Source: an uncultured Thermoleophilaceae bacterium
Lineage (GTDB): Bacteria; Actinomycetota; Thermoleophilia; Solirubrobacterales; Thermoleophilaceae
Length of the DNA: 64,000 nt
Direction of reading: 5' to 3'
Assembly: GCA_963706635.1 (NCBI GenBank)
Contig: OY970162.1
Span: 479,696-543,695, forward strand
In this document: positions 1 through 8,496 of the stretch, piece after piece
Layout of the letters: each line of letters opens with the position of its first letter
Numbering within the stretch: position 1 is the first letter of the stretch
Program-made: the position numbers and the translations under genes
The notes under the pieces: model-generated
Databases searched by the model: none
What the model was told of the DNA's origin: nothing
Seen by the model: only the letters and a program-made list of their open reading frames with translations

Positions 1-301
1 GGTGGAGCGGCTGCCGGCGCGAGCGCAGGAGCGCCGCGGCGAGCCCCGTGGCTGCGAGCATGAACGCCGCGCTCGGTACCGAGTGGGTGCGCAGGAAGGT
101 GACGACCGCCGCCACGAGGGGGGGCGCCACGCCGTAGAGCACGCGGGCATATAGCCGCTGCGCGAACAGGGCGCTGATGACCGGCGTGAAGGCGCGCTCC
201 CGGGTCTTGCGCTCGCGCGTCGCGCGCACGCTGAGCTCGATGCCGGCGATGATCGTGGCCGCCGCCACCACCGCGAGCGCGACGAGCAGGCCGGTCTCCA
301 C
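1..301 (-). CDS. membrane protein, N-terminal fragment (runs off left edge; not in ORF track)
   Basis: Own translation from GTG at 299-301 on the minus strand gives VETGLLVALAVVAAATIIAGIELSVRATRERKTRERAFTPVISALF..., with hydrophobic helices. Divergent from the polysaccharide locus. Function not assignable. Confidence 0.35.
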   Translation of the reverse strand, partial: METGLLVALAVVAAATIIAGIELSVRATRERKTRERAFTPVISALFAQRLYARVLYGVAPPLVAAVVTFLRTHSVPSAAFMLAATGLAAALLRSRRQPLH

Positions 302-497
302 GATCCCACCCCCGAAACTGCTGTCGGCGGCTACGGGGAATGAAGGGTCAAGTGGAAGCATGGGGAATCCGATGAGGGATCATGACTGTGAACCCATTAA
401 CGCTGCAAATCGTCTCGGGTTCTGTATCGGCAGCCAGTGACGCCGGGTTGATCCAGCCCTGCGGTGGAGCCACGGACCCGGCTGTCATAGTAGGCGC
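302..497. promoter_or_regulatory. divergent intergenic/promoter region
   Basis: Visibly AT-enriched patch (gaatgaagggtcaagtggaagcatgggg...cattaacgctgcaaatcg) between divergent starts at 301 and 498. No specific -10/-35 assigned. Confidence 0.3.
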
Positions 498-2156
498 ATG
501 ACCCCGGCGGAAGGTCCTTCGCCTCCGACGCCCGGAGGCGTCGAGTGGCGTCGCCCCCGCCTGGAGACTCCGGGCCTGCAACGCTACGTGCAGGTACTTC
601 GCGAGCGCATCTGGGTCGTGGTCGCCACGCTCGCCGTCACGACCCTGGGCTGCGCGGCCTATCTCGCCACGGCGGACAAGGTCTACAGAGCGGACGCCGA
701 CCTTCTCATCACGCCCGTATCAGGCGACGACCCAATCCTGACCGGGCTGCCCTTGCTGCGCGAGTCGGCCGATCCGACACGCGACGTCGAGACCGCCGCG
801 CGCCTCGTGAGCTCCCGCGACGTGGCCGCAAGGGTCAAGGCCCAGCTCCACCTCGCCGACACGCCCAGCGGCCTGCTCAACAAGGTCAAGTCGGAGCCCG
901 TTGCCGCGAGCAACATCGTGTCGGTCACCTCCAGCGCCAGCTCGCCCCGGCTCGCCCGTGACCTGGCCAACGGCTTTGCCGACGGCGTCGTCGCGGAGCG
1001 GAGCCAGGAGCTCAGGCTCGCGATCGATCAGCGGCTGCCGCGGCTTCGCCAGCGTGTTGCGGGCGGTGAGGCCGGCGCGGCTGCACAGCTCTCCCAGCTC
1101 ACCAGCCTGAGGCAGTCGGGCGATCCGACGCTGCGCGTGGAGACGCGCGCGGCGACGCCGGCCTCGCAAGCGGAGCCCCGACCCGTGCTGACGATGGGCG
1201 CGGGCATCCTGGCGGGCCTCATCCTCGGCATCAGCGGTGCGTTCGCGATGCACGCGCTCGATCCGCGGCTGCGCCGGGAGGACCAGCTGCGAGAGCTCTA
1301 CAGCCTGCCGGTGCTCGCGCGAATTCCGCGGGAGCGGAGGGCACCGACCACCACGCCCGGGCGTCGTCGCTTCGGCATCGGGCCGCGAAGAACCCGGCGC
1401 AGAGCGCTCTCGCCCGGTCAGCTGTCGCCGACCACGATGGAGTCGTTCCGGACGCTGCGGACCATGCTGGCCGCGTCCCGGCGCGGCCGCGGCAAGGGCG
1501 ACGGGCACTCGGTGCTCGTGACGGGTCCGTCTCCCTCCGAGGGCAAGACGACCACCGCCATCAACCTGGCCGCCTCCTTCGCCCTCGCCGGACATCGCGT
1601 GATCCTGATCGAGGCCGACTTCCGCCGCCCGACCGTGGGTGAGGCCCTCGGGGTCCGGCCGCGGGTGGGTATCGGCAAGGTGCTGCTCGGGAACGTCCCG
1701 CTCGAGGACGCCCTCGTTCCCGCCAAGCCGTTCGGCAACAACCTGCGGCTCCTCCTGGTCGACCGTGCCGACGACTGGCTCGCCGAGGTCCTGTCCCTTC
1801 CCGCCGCCGGCGCCCTGCTCGACGAAGCCGAGCGCCTGGCCGACTACGTGGTGATCGACTCGCCGCCGCTCACCGAGGTGATCGACGCCCTGCCGCTCGC
1901 GCAGCAGGTCGACGACGTGGTCCTGGTGGTGCGCCTGGGCTCGAGCAACATCTCCCAGCTGACGCGCCTCGGCGACCTGCTCGAGCAGCACAGGATCACC
2001 CCCAGCGGCTTCGTCGTGGTCGGGGTGGGCAGCTCCGAGGAGAGCACCTATTACGTGTCCTCGCGGCGTGAGCGGGCCGCGGACGACTGGCTTTCGCTCG
2101 CCGAGCAGGACGAGGAGCGCGAGCGGCTCGACCGCGTAGCAACTCCCGAGAGGTAG
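498..2156 (+). CDS. polysaccharide co-polymerase fused to BY-type tyrosine autokinase (Wzz/Wzc-like)
   Basis: 552 aa. Two TM segments (IWVVVATLAVTTLGCAAYLA; VLTMGAGILAGLILGISGAFA) flank a periplasmic region. Walker A GPSPSEGKTTTAINLA, Walker A' VILIEADFRRP, Walker B YVVIDSPPL. Short Tyr pair (STYYVSS) near the C-terminus. Confidence 0.85.
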   Translation: MTPAEGPSPPTPGGVEWRRPRLETPGLQRYVQVLRERIWVVVATLAVTTLGCAAYLATADKVYRADADLLITPVSGDDPILTGLPLLRESADPTRDVETAARLVSSRDVAARVKAQLHLADTPSGLLNKVKSEPVAASNIVSVTSSASSPRLARDLANGFADGVVAERSQELRLAIDQRLPRLRQRVAGGEAGAAAQLSQLTSLRQSGDPTLRVETRAATPASQAEPRPVLTMGAGILAGLILGISGAFAMHALDPRLRREDQLRELYSLPVLARIPRERRAPTTTPGRRRFGIGPRRTRRRALSPGQLSPTTMESFRTLRTMLAASRRGRGKGDGHSVLVTGPSPSEGKTTTAINLAASFALAGHRVILIEADFRRPTVGEALGVRPRVGIGKVLLGNVPLEDALVPAKPFGNNLRLLLVDRADDWLAEVLSLPAAGALLDEAERLADYVVIDSPPLTEVIDALPLAQQVDDVVLVVRLGSSNISQLTRLGDLLEQHRITPSGFVVVGVGSSEESTYYVSSRRERAADDWLSLAEQDEERERLDRVATPER

Positions 2157-2166
2157 CACCGCTTCC

Positions 2167-3552
2167 GTGACCGCTCGGGCCGAGCTCCCGATCAAGGCGC
2201 TCTCCGCGCTTCTGGTTGGCGCCGGGCTGGTGGTGGGCGTCGCCGCCGGCTTCAACCCGGCGCTCGCGGTGGTCCTCGCCGTGGCGCTCGGGTTCACGAT
2301 GCTCGTGATGTCCGACCTCGCGGTCGGGGTCACGCTGTTCGTCGCCATCTCGTTCCTCGACGTCCTTCCCTTCGGGGGCATCGCGGTCTCGGTGGCCAAG
2401 GTCACGGGCGCTCTCCTGGCCCTGTCCTGGCTCGCGCTGGTCGCCACCCGCAGCGCGGGAGGGAACGACTTCTTCGACTCGCATCCCACCCTCTCGTTCC
2501 TGCTGCTCGCCTTCCTCGGCTGGGTCACCCTCAGCGCGTCATGGGCCGAGTACTCGGGCGCGGCCTTCGAGTCGGTCTACCGCTTCGCCCTCAACCTCAT
2601 GCTGTTCCCCATCGTCTTCACGGCGATCCGCTCGCGCCGGCACATCGTCTGGGTCCTGGCCGCCTTTCTCGGCGGGGCGCTGGTCTCGGCGCTGTACGGC
2701 ATACTGGCGGCGCCGTCGAGCGACGCGATCGGCAGCAGCGACTTCAACCGTCTCAGCGGAGCCGGCCTCGACCCCAACGAGCTGGCCGCCCTGCTTGTGG
2801 CCTCGCTCGCGTTCGCGGCGGCTTTCGCCGCCCGCCGGGGGACCACCGTGCTGCGGCTGGTGGCCGTGGCCGCCGTGCCCCTCTGCCTTGCCGGCGTCCT
2901 GCTCAGCCTTTCCCGGGGCGGCCTGGTCGCCCTGACCACGGCGCTGCTCACCGCGATCGTCATCGGCGGCCGCTGGCGGCTGCCGGCGCTGACGCTGCTG
3001 CTGGTCGCGGGCCTCTCGGTGCTCGTCTACTTCGGCTCGATCGCCACCCCCGCCGAGCGCGACCACATCACCGCGAACAACGGCGGCACGGGCCGCACGA
3101 GCACGTGGAAGGTCGGCTGGCGGATGGTGGAGGCGAACGCGATCAAGGGCGTGGGAGGCGACAACTTCCGCACCTCGTCGATCCACTACCTGCTCGAGCC
3201 CGGCACGGTGCCGCGCTCGGACTTCATCGTCGAGCACCCGCACGTGGCGCACAACATGTACCTCGAGGTGCTCGCGGACCTCGGGATCGTCGGACTGACC
3301 CTGTTCCTAGCGATCATCGCCTTCGCCCTCAAGGCCGCGCTCGACGCTGCGCGAACGTTCCAAGGCTCCGGCGACGAGCGCATGGAGCTGCTCGCGCGGG
3401 CGCTGATCGTCGCCGTCGCGGCGCTGCTGGCGGCCGACTTCTTCCTCTCGGAGCAGTACAGCAAGCAGTTATGGCTGCTCCTGGCGCTGGCCCCGGCGAT
3501 GAGGGCCGTGGCGCAGCGCGGCGAAGCGAACCCTCCCGAGCCTGTCCCCTAG
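2167..3552 (+). CDS. O-antigen ligase / Wzy-family polysaccharide polymerase, polytopic membrane protein
   Basis: 461 aa, GTG start. About 10+ hydrophobic helices. Family-typical LSLSRGGLVALTTALL and a periplasmic loop with H-rich VEHPHVAHNMYLEVLADLGIVG. Confidence 0.75.
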   Translation: MTARAELPIKALSALLVGAGLVVGVAAGFNPALAVVLAVALGFTMLVMSDLAVGVTLFVAISFLDVLPFGGIAVSVAKVTGALLALSWLALVATRSAGGNDFFDSHPTLSFLLLAFLGWVTLSASWAEYSGAAFESVYRFALNLMLFPIVFTAIRSRRHIVWVLAAFLGGALVSALYGILAAPSSDAIGSSDFNRLSGAGLDPNELAALLVASLAFAAAFAARRGTTVLRLVAVAAVPLCLAGVLLSLSRGGLVALTTALLTAIVIGGRWRLPALTLLLVAGLSVLVYFGSIATPAERDHITANNGGTGRTSTWKVGWRMVEANAIKGVGGDNFRTSSIHYLLEPGTVPRSDFIVEHPHVAHNMYLEVLADLGIVGLTLFLAIIAFALKAALDAARTFQGSGDERMELLARALIVAVAALLAADFFLSEQYSKQLWLLLALAPAMRAVAQRGEANPPEPVP

Positions 3553-3560
3553 GGCCCGCG

Positions 3561-4685
3561 ATGGCGTCTCGCCCACGGGTCCTGATGCTGCTGGACCGCT
3601 TCACCACGGGTGGCGGCGGTGCCGAGGTGTTCACGGTCGGACTGTCCAAGGCACTGCGCGACCAGGGCTTCGACGTTCGCATCTGCACCACGCGGGGCGC
3701 CGTTGGCTTCCTGGTCGAGGAGGTCGAGGCCAGCGGGATCCCGCACGTGGTGCTTGGCCGCCGCGGCCGCTTCGACATGGCGCCGTTCGTGCGCCTCCGC
3801 AGGTACCTGCGCGCGGAGCGGATCGACGTGCTCCACAGCCACATGTTCGGATCGAACTTGTGGGGGAGCGTGATCGGAAAGGTCGCGCGAGTGCCGGTGC
3901 TCGTGGCCCATGAGCACACCTGGTCCTACGAGGGCCAGCCGATCCGGAAGTTCCTCGACGGCGAGCTGATCGGCCGCCTCACGGACGCCTTCGTGACGGT
4001 CTCGAACGCGAACAGGGAGCGGATGATCGGACTCGAGGGCGTCAACCCGGAGAAGGTCGTGGTGATCCCCACCGCCTACGTGCCGCGCACGTCCGAGCCC
4101 GAGCGCACCACGAGCGTCCGCGAGGAGCTCGGGATCCCCGACGACGCGCCCGTGGTCGGCACGATCGTCACGATGCGGCGGGAGAAGGCGCTGGACGTGC
4201 TCGTCGACGCGGTCGCCGAGCTCCGCGAGCGCGCGCCGAACGTGCACATGATCGTGGTCGGCAGCGGCGTCGGGCGAGAGGAGTGGCAGGCGTACTCCGA
4301 GGAGCGGGGCCTCGGCGACGTCGGTCACTGGGTGGGTTTCCGAACCGACATCGGCGCGCTGATCCACGCCTTCGACGTCGGGGTGCTCAGCTCCGACTGG
4401 GAGGGCTCGCCGCTGTTCGTCCTCGAGTCGATGGCCCACGGCACGGCCGTGGTCTGCACTGGAGTGGGGGGGCTGCCGGACGTGATCGAGGACGGAGTCT
4501 CGGGCCTCCTGGTCCCGCCGCGTGACCCCTCGGCGCTCGCCGATGCTCTGGCGAAGGTCATCGGCGACCCTCGGCTGAGGGCGAGGCTGGCCGCGGCCGC
4601 CACCGAGCGCCTGCCCGAGTTCTCGATGGATCGGATCGCGGCTCGCTTCGGCGGGCTCTACGAGGGTCTGCTCCGGCGCGGCTGA
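3561..4685 (+). CDS. glycosyltransferase family 4 (GT-B, GT1 superfamily)
   Basis: In-frame ATG at 3561 inside ORF 2541..4685 (MASRPRVLMLLDRFTTGGGGAEVF). EX7E region SDWEGSPLFVLESMAHGTAVVCTGVGGLPDVIEDGVSGLLVPP. Confidence 0.9.
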   Translation: MASRPRVLMLLDRFTTGGGGAEVFTVGLSKALRDQGFDVRICTTRGAVGFLVEEVEASGIPHVVLGRRGRFDMAPFVRLRRYLRAERIDVLHSHMFGSNLWGSVIGKVARVPVLVAHEHTWSYEGQPIRKFLDGELIGRLTDAFVTVSNANRERMIGLEGVNPEKVVVIPTAYVPRTSEPERTTSVREELGIPDDAPVVGTIVTMRREKALDVLVDAVAELRERAPNVHMIVVGSGVGREEWQAYSEERGLGDVGHWVGFRTDIGALIHAFDVGVLSSDWEGSPLFVLESMAHGTAVVCTGVGGLPDVIEDGVSGLLVPPRDPSALADALAKVIGDPRLRARLAAAATERLPEFSMDRIAARFGGLYEGLLRRG

Positions 4686-4686
4686 C

Positions 4687-5760
4687 TCAGCGCAGCGGCG
4701 GTGGCCGCTCGGGAGGCCCGGGACGGCTGTTGGCGGCCCCGAGAAAGGCGGCGCAGCGGCTGCGGCCCAGTATCCGGAAGTTCCGCTGCTTGATGTTCGC
4801 GAAGCGAGGCACGCCGAATATGTTCTCGATCGCGCTGAAGCCCTCCTGAGAGGGGAGGATCCCTCCGTGCTCGGCGATCCGCGGGCCGACGCAGTTCCGG
4901 CGCAGGACGTTGCCCGACCCGACCGGGCTGTCGTCCGGCCAATACGACTCGACGTCGAAGCGCCTGAGCGAGCCCTCGATCACGTTCCGCTCCACGACGT
5001 TGCCGTTCGACGCCAGGCCGTGGTCGCCGGCGAAGGTGAGGCCTTCGCCGTTTCCGAAGATCACGTTCCTCGAGACGAGCGTGCCCTGCGCGTTCGGATA
5101 GAGGTGCACGCCGTAGTCGGCGTTGTCGTAGATCCAGTTGGCGCTGACCGTGACCCCGTGGGCTGTGGCGACGTAGACGCCGTGGTCGAGGTTGGTCCGC
5201 GGCAGCCGGCCGCAGCCATGGATGCGGTTCCGGAGCAGCTGGGCGCGATCGGCCAGCCCGTAGTCGCTGTTGCCGAGGATGAAGCAGATCGCGGTGTGCT
5301 CGTTCGTCACGTCGTTCTTGACGAAGCGCACGTCGTGCGCGTTCACCACCGGGCTGGGCTCGGCCCGGCTGCTCCGGCCGTCGAGGTAGAGGCCGCGGAT
5401 CGTGAGGTAGCTCGCGCGCCGGGAGACCCAGATCGGTCCGAGGATCCGGACGCCCTCGCCAGGATAGGAGCGCACGACGATCTGGCGCTTGCGCGTCCCA
5501 TGGCGCCTGAACTTGACGCGGCCCCGGTAGGTCCCCCGGCGGAGGCAGCCCACCTGCCCCGGGCGCAGCCGGTCGGCCAGCCGCTGGACCGTCCTGAACG
5601 GCCGCCGCTTCGACCCCCGGGAGTGGTCCGATCCGCGCGGCGACGCGAAGCGGTCGCAGCCCTTCCCGCTCGCCGGCTCCGGTGAGGCGCCCGCCAGGCA
5701 GCCGCCCAGGCAGACGGCCGCCAGCAGAGGTATGAGGCGTGAGCTCCAGCCCCCGGGCAT
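4687..5760 (-). CDS. secreted/lipoprotein right-handed parallel beta-helix repeat protein (paralogue 1)
   Basis: 357 aa. Signal plus lipobox-like LLAAVCLGGCLAG. Repeats NRIHGCGRLPRTNLDHGVYVATAHGVTVSANWIYDNADYGVHLYPNAQGTLVSRNVIFGNGEGLTFAGD are typical of the pectate-lyase/NosD-like fold. Paralogous to 10963..12336 and the N-terminal part of 5789..8371. Confidence 0.7.
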   Translation of the reverse strand: MPGGWSSRLIPLLAAVCLGGCLAGASPEPASGKGCDRFASPRGSDHSRGSKRRPFRTVQRLADRLRPGQVGCLRRGTYRGRVKFRRHGTRKRQIVVRSYPGEGVRILGPIWVSRRASYLTIRGLYLDGRSSRAEPSPVVNAHDVRFVKNDVTNEHTAICFILGNSDYGLADRAQLLRNRIHGCGRLPRTNLDHGVYVATAHGVTVSANWIYDNADYGVHLYPNAQGTLVSRNVIFGNGEGLTFAGDHGLASNGNVVERNVIEGSLRRFDVESYWPDDSPVGSGNVLRRNCVGPRIAEHGGILPSQEGFSAIENIFGVPRFANIKQRNFRILGRSRCAAFLGAANSRPGPPERPPPLR

Positions 5761-5788
5761 GGGCGCGGACTATAGGAGCCCGGTTCGC

Positions 5789-8371
5789 TCAGCGACGCAG
5801 GCGAACGCGGAGGGCTCGCGAGGGCAGCGCGCCGCGCGCGACCGCCCGGATGCGCAGCCGGCGCTTGCCGCGGAGGCCGCGCACCCGCCAGCGGGCGCGG
5901 CAGCGGCCCGAGGCCGACGCGGCGCGGGCGACCGTGCGCCAGTGACCGCGGACGAAGGTCTGGATTCGGACGCCGCGGACGGATGCCCGGATCCCGGTCG
6001 GCATCGACACAGCGAAGCGGAGGAGCGTACGGCGCCGGGCCGAGACCCGTAGCCGGAGCCGGCCACCGGGCTTGAACGAGGACTGGACGGCGCGGGACGG
6101 CTTGCTGCCGCCCGTGCTCAGGTGGTTCCAGAAGCGGACCGGGACCGAGGCCGATCCCTCCTGACCGTTGGTGTCGTGGGCGACCGCCTTGAGCGTGTGC
6201 TGGCCGTCCCCGTAGCCGCGGGTGTCGATCCGGCAGGACCAGGGGCTGTCGCTGTCGCTGCCTACCGGCCGGCCGTCGACGTAGAAGTCGACTCTGTCGA
6301 CGCTCCCCGCGCTCGAGACCGCGGCGCGGCAGCTGTCGCCCTCCAGCACCCCGGACACCTTCTGGTTGGCGGTGGGAGCGGCGAACGAGACCGTCGGCGG
6401 AGCGGGCGGCGGAGGCTCGGAAGCGGCGTTCTGGAAGTTCACGCCGACCTTGGCGGAGCCGCTCTGACCGGTCCTGTCGTAGGCGACGGCCTTGATGGTG
6501 TGGGCGCCGTCGGAGTAGGAGGTCGTGTCGACCACGCAGGAGTAGGGGGCGCTGCGCTCGGTGTTCACCGGCTGGTCGTCTACGAAGAACTCGACCCGAT
6601 CGATCGTCCCCGAGCTGGACACCGTGGCCGCGCAGTTCCCGGAGGCCTCGTCGAGTTGTCCGGAAACGGTCTGGCCGTCGCTCGGCTTGTCGAAGGAAAC
6701 GGTCGGGGGTGTCGGCGGCGGCGGCGGCGCGGGCGCCGTGACGGTCCAGCTGCGCGACGCGGGGGAGGCGTCGACGTTGCCCGCGGCGTCGGCGGCGCGG
6801 ACGGCGAAGCTGTGACCGCCGACGGCGAGGCCGGAGTAGGCCTTGGGCGAGCTGCAGGCGGCCCAGGCGCCGGAGTCGATCCGGCACTCGAAGCTCGCGC
6901 CGGCCTCGGAGGCGAAGGAGAAGCTGGCCGAGGTGGACTCGGTCGTGCCCGAGGGCCCGGAGGAGATGGTCGAGTCGGGGGCGGTCGTGTCGACTGTCCA
7001 GCCGCGGGAGGCGGGGGTCGCGTCGGCGTTGCCGACGGCGTCCGTGGCGCGGACCTCGAAGCTGTGGCTGCCGTCGGCGAGGCCGGAGTAGGCCTTGGGG
7101 GAGCTGCAGGCGCCCCAGGCGCCGCCGTCGATCCGGCACTCGAAGCTCGAACCCGACTCGCTGGAGCTGAAGCTGAAGCTGGCCGAGCTCGACGCGGTGG
7201 CTCCGGACGGGCCCGAGCCGATCGTGGTCTCCGGCGGGGTCGTGTCGGCGGGCGGCGGCGAGCCCGAGTCGAGCCGCGGACCGGGGACGGCGTCGGCGTA
7301 GGCGCCCATGAGGGTCCGGGCCGGGCTCGAGGACTGGAGGCGGTAGTCGCGGCCCGTCCGGTCGAGGTAGGCGGGGCTGAGGCTGTGGATGAGGTTGGAG
7401 CGAGAGATCGAGGAGCCGCAGTCGTCGTCCCCGCCCGAGGCCTGGTAGAGGAGCGAGTCCCGCATCCAGTCGTTGGTCCCGGGCGTGTAGCAGGCCAGCA
7501 CCGCGAAGCTGGCGGCGCCGTAGGTCGAGAGGATGTTGTTGTGGGCGTTGACGTTGTCGCTCCGGGTCGAGCCCTCGCCGGAGACCGTCACGCCGCGGCC
7601 GTTGCTGCTGCTCGCCGGGCAGTCCGTGCCCTGCGTGCAGGTCGCCCGCATGCCGTTCCCGTCGACCACGTTGTAGGAGAAGTCGACGCCGTCGCAGTCG
7701 GGATAGAACTGGATCCCGAAGGAGGCGTTGGCGTAGATCCAGTTGCCGCGGATGACGCCGTTCGTCATCGCGTTGTGGCAATAGATCCCGTGGTCGAACT
7801 GGCCGTTGCCGCCCACGTGGTGGATCTTGTTGTTCGTGATCTCGAGCCCGGTGGTGTTGGCGTAGTTGAGGATGCCCTGGAAGGACACGTACTGGGGCTG
7901 GCTCGTGATGTCGAGGTGGTCGAGCTTGCAGTTGTTGCAGGCGCCGACCTCGACGATCTTGCTGTTCTGCCCGTTCTGAACGCCGACGATGAAGAGGTCG
8001 TCCAGCACCAGGTCGTTGACCTTGAGCGTCATCGTTCCGCGGAGCGTGACCTGCTGGTAGCCGCCGTTGGCCCCGGCGGCCGGGTGGAGCCTCTGGCCGG
8101 CCTTGAAGTTCGAGAGGTTGCCGCCGAGGTCGTAGCTGCCGGCCGTGAGGCAGCCATCCTCGTAGGAGCCGAGCCGGGTCAGGAAGGCGCTGACCGACTC
8201 GCCGGAGTTGATCGTCTTGGTGCAGGTGACGGCCGCGGCGGCGGGCTGCGATCCGAAGGCCGACACGACCACCGCGGCCACGACGGCGGCGAGGAGAGTG
8301 CGGTGGATTCGGCTGAAGGTCGGGTACCCCACACTTGGGACATCGGGGTCCCACGTAAGGCCGGTGAACAT
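5789..8371 (-). CDS. large secreted multidomain protein: parallel beta-helix, 2 x 85-aa beta-sandwich repeats, 2 Ig-like modules, Arg-rich C-terminal module
   Basis: 860 aa. Signal peptide LLAAVVAAVVVSAFGSQPAAAA. Beta-helix repeats (NNKIHHVGGNGQFDHGIYCHN..NWIYANASFGIQFYPD). Repeats are described under the repeat features. Exact start uncertain. Confidence 0.75.
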   Translation of the reverse strand: MFTGLTWDPDVPSVGYPTFSRIHRTLLAAVVAAVVVSAFGSQPAAAAVTCTKTINSGESVSAFLTRLGSYEDGCLTAGSYDLGGNLSNFKAGQRLHPAAGANGGYQQVTLRGTMTLKVNDLVLDDLFIVGVQNGQNSKIVEVGACNNCKLDHLDITSQPQYVSFQGILNYANTTGLEITNNKIHHVGGNGQFDHGIYCHNAMTNGVIRGNWIYANASFGIQFYPDCDGVDFSYNVVDGNGMRATCTQGTDCPASSSNGRGVTVSGEGSTRSDNVNAHNNILSTYGAASFAVLACYTPGTNDWMRDSLLYQASGGDDDCGSSISRSNLIHSLSPAYLDRTGRDYRLQSSSPARTLMGAYADAVPGPRLDSGSPPPADTTPPETTIGSGPSGATASSSASFSFSSSESGSSFECRIDGGAWGACSSPKAYSGLADGSHSFEVRATDAVGNADATPASRGWTVDTTAPDSTISSGPSGTTESTSASFSFASEAGASFECRIDSGAWAACSSPKAYSGLAVGGHSFAVRAADAAGNVDASPASRSWTVTAPAPPPPPTPPTVSFDKPSDGQTVSGQLDEASGNCAATVSSSGTIDRVEFFVDDQPVNTERSAPYSCVVDTTSYSDGAHTIKAVAYDRTGQSGSAKVGVNFQNAASEPPPPAPPTVSFAAPTANQKVSGVLEGDSCRAAVSSAGSVDRVDFYVDGRPVGSDSDSPWSCRIDTRGYGDGQHTLKAVAHDTNGQEGSASVPVRFWNHLSTGGSKPSRAVQSSFKPGGRLRLRVSARRRTLLRFAVSMPTGIRASVRGVRIQTFVRGHWRTVARAASASGRCRARWRVRGLRGKRRLRIRAVARGALPSRALRVRLRR
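6125..6715 (-). repeat. intragenic pair of diverged ~100-aa Ig-like modules
   Basis: PPTVSFDKPSDGQTVSG..IDRVEFFVDDQPV..YSDGAHTIKAVAYDRTGQSGSAKVGVNFQN versus PPTVSFAAPTANQKVSG..VDRVDFYVDGRPV..YGDGQHTLKAVAHDTNGQEGSASVPVRFWN. Confidence 0.6.
6737..7246 (-). repeat. intragenic tandem repeat, 2 x 255 bp (85-aa modules)
   Basis: DTTPPETTIGSGPSGATASSSASFSFSSSESGSSFECRIDGGAWGACSSPKAYSGLADGSHSFEVRATDAVGNADATPASRGWTV is followed by DTTAPDSTISSGPSGTTESTSASFSFASEAGASFECRIDSGAWAACSSPKAYSGLAVGGHSFAVRAADAAGNVDASPASRSWTV. The shadow ORFs at 6843 and 7095 are also similar to each other, reflecting the repeat on the opposite strand. Confidence 0.8.
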
Positions 8372-8496
8372 CCGGCCCCACTTCCGGACCGGCGTCCACG
8401 CAGGGATCGCGCGCCTATCGAACGAACGTCCAGAGGGATCTCCGCGGGGCCCCGGCCGACGCCCGGTCTACCCTCAAGCGGGTCGCCGGCAAGCCG

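Noticed and set aside
177-440. ORF 177..440 (+), 87 aa.
   Set aside because: It is antisense to the edge-truncated membrane-protein gene (1..301, minus) and has a low-complexity Ala/Ser/Arg composition.
720-2528. Long antisense or alternate-frame ORFs throughout the window. Examples: 720..2528 (-), 5343..8399 (-), 6122..8500 (+), 8179..9843 (-), 9971..12379 (-), 13767..15110 (+), 36844..38535 (+), 42487..45720 (+), 48573..51131 (-), 49703..51466 (+), 60565..63255 (+).
   Set aside because: The translations are Arg/Pro/Gly/Ala-rich low-complexity strings without motifs. Each overlaps a strongly supported gene in another frame. These are typical shadow ORFs of stop-codon-poor, high-GC DNA.
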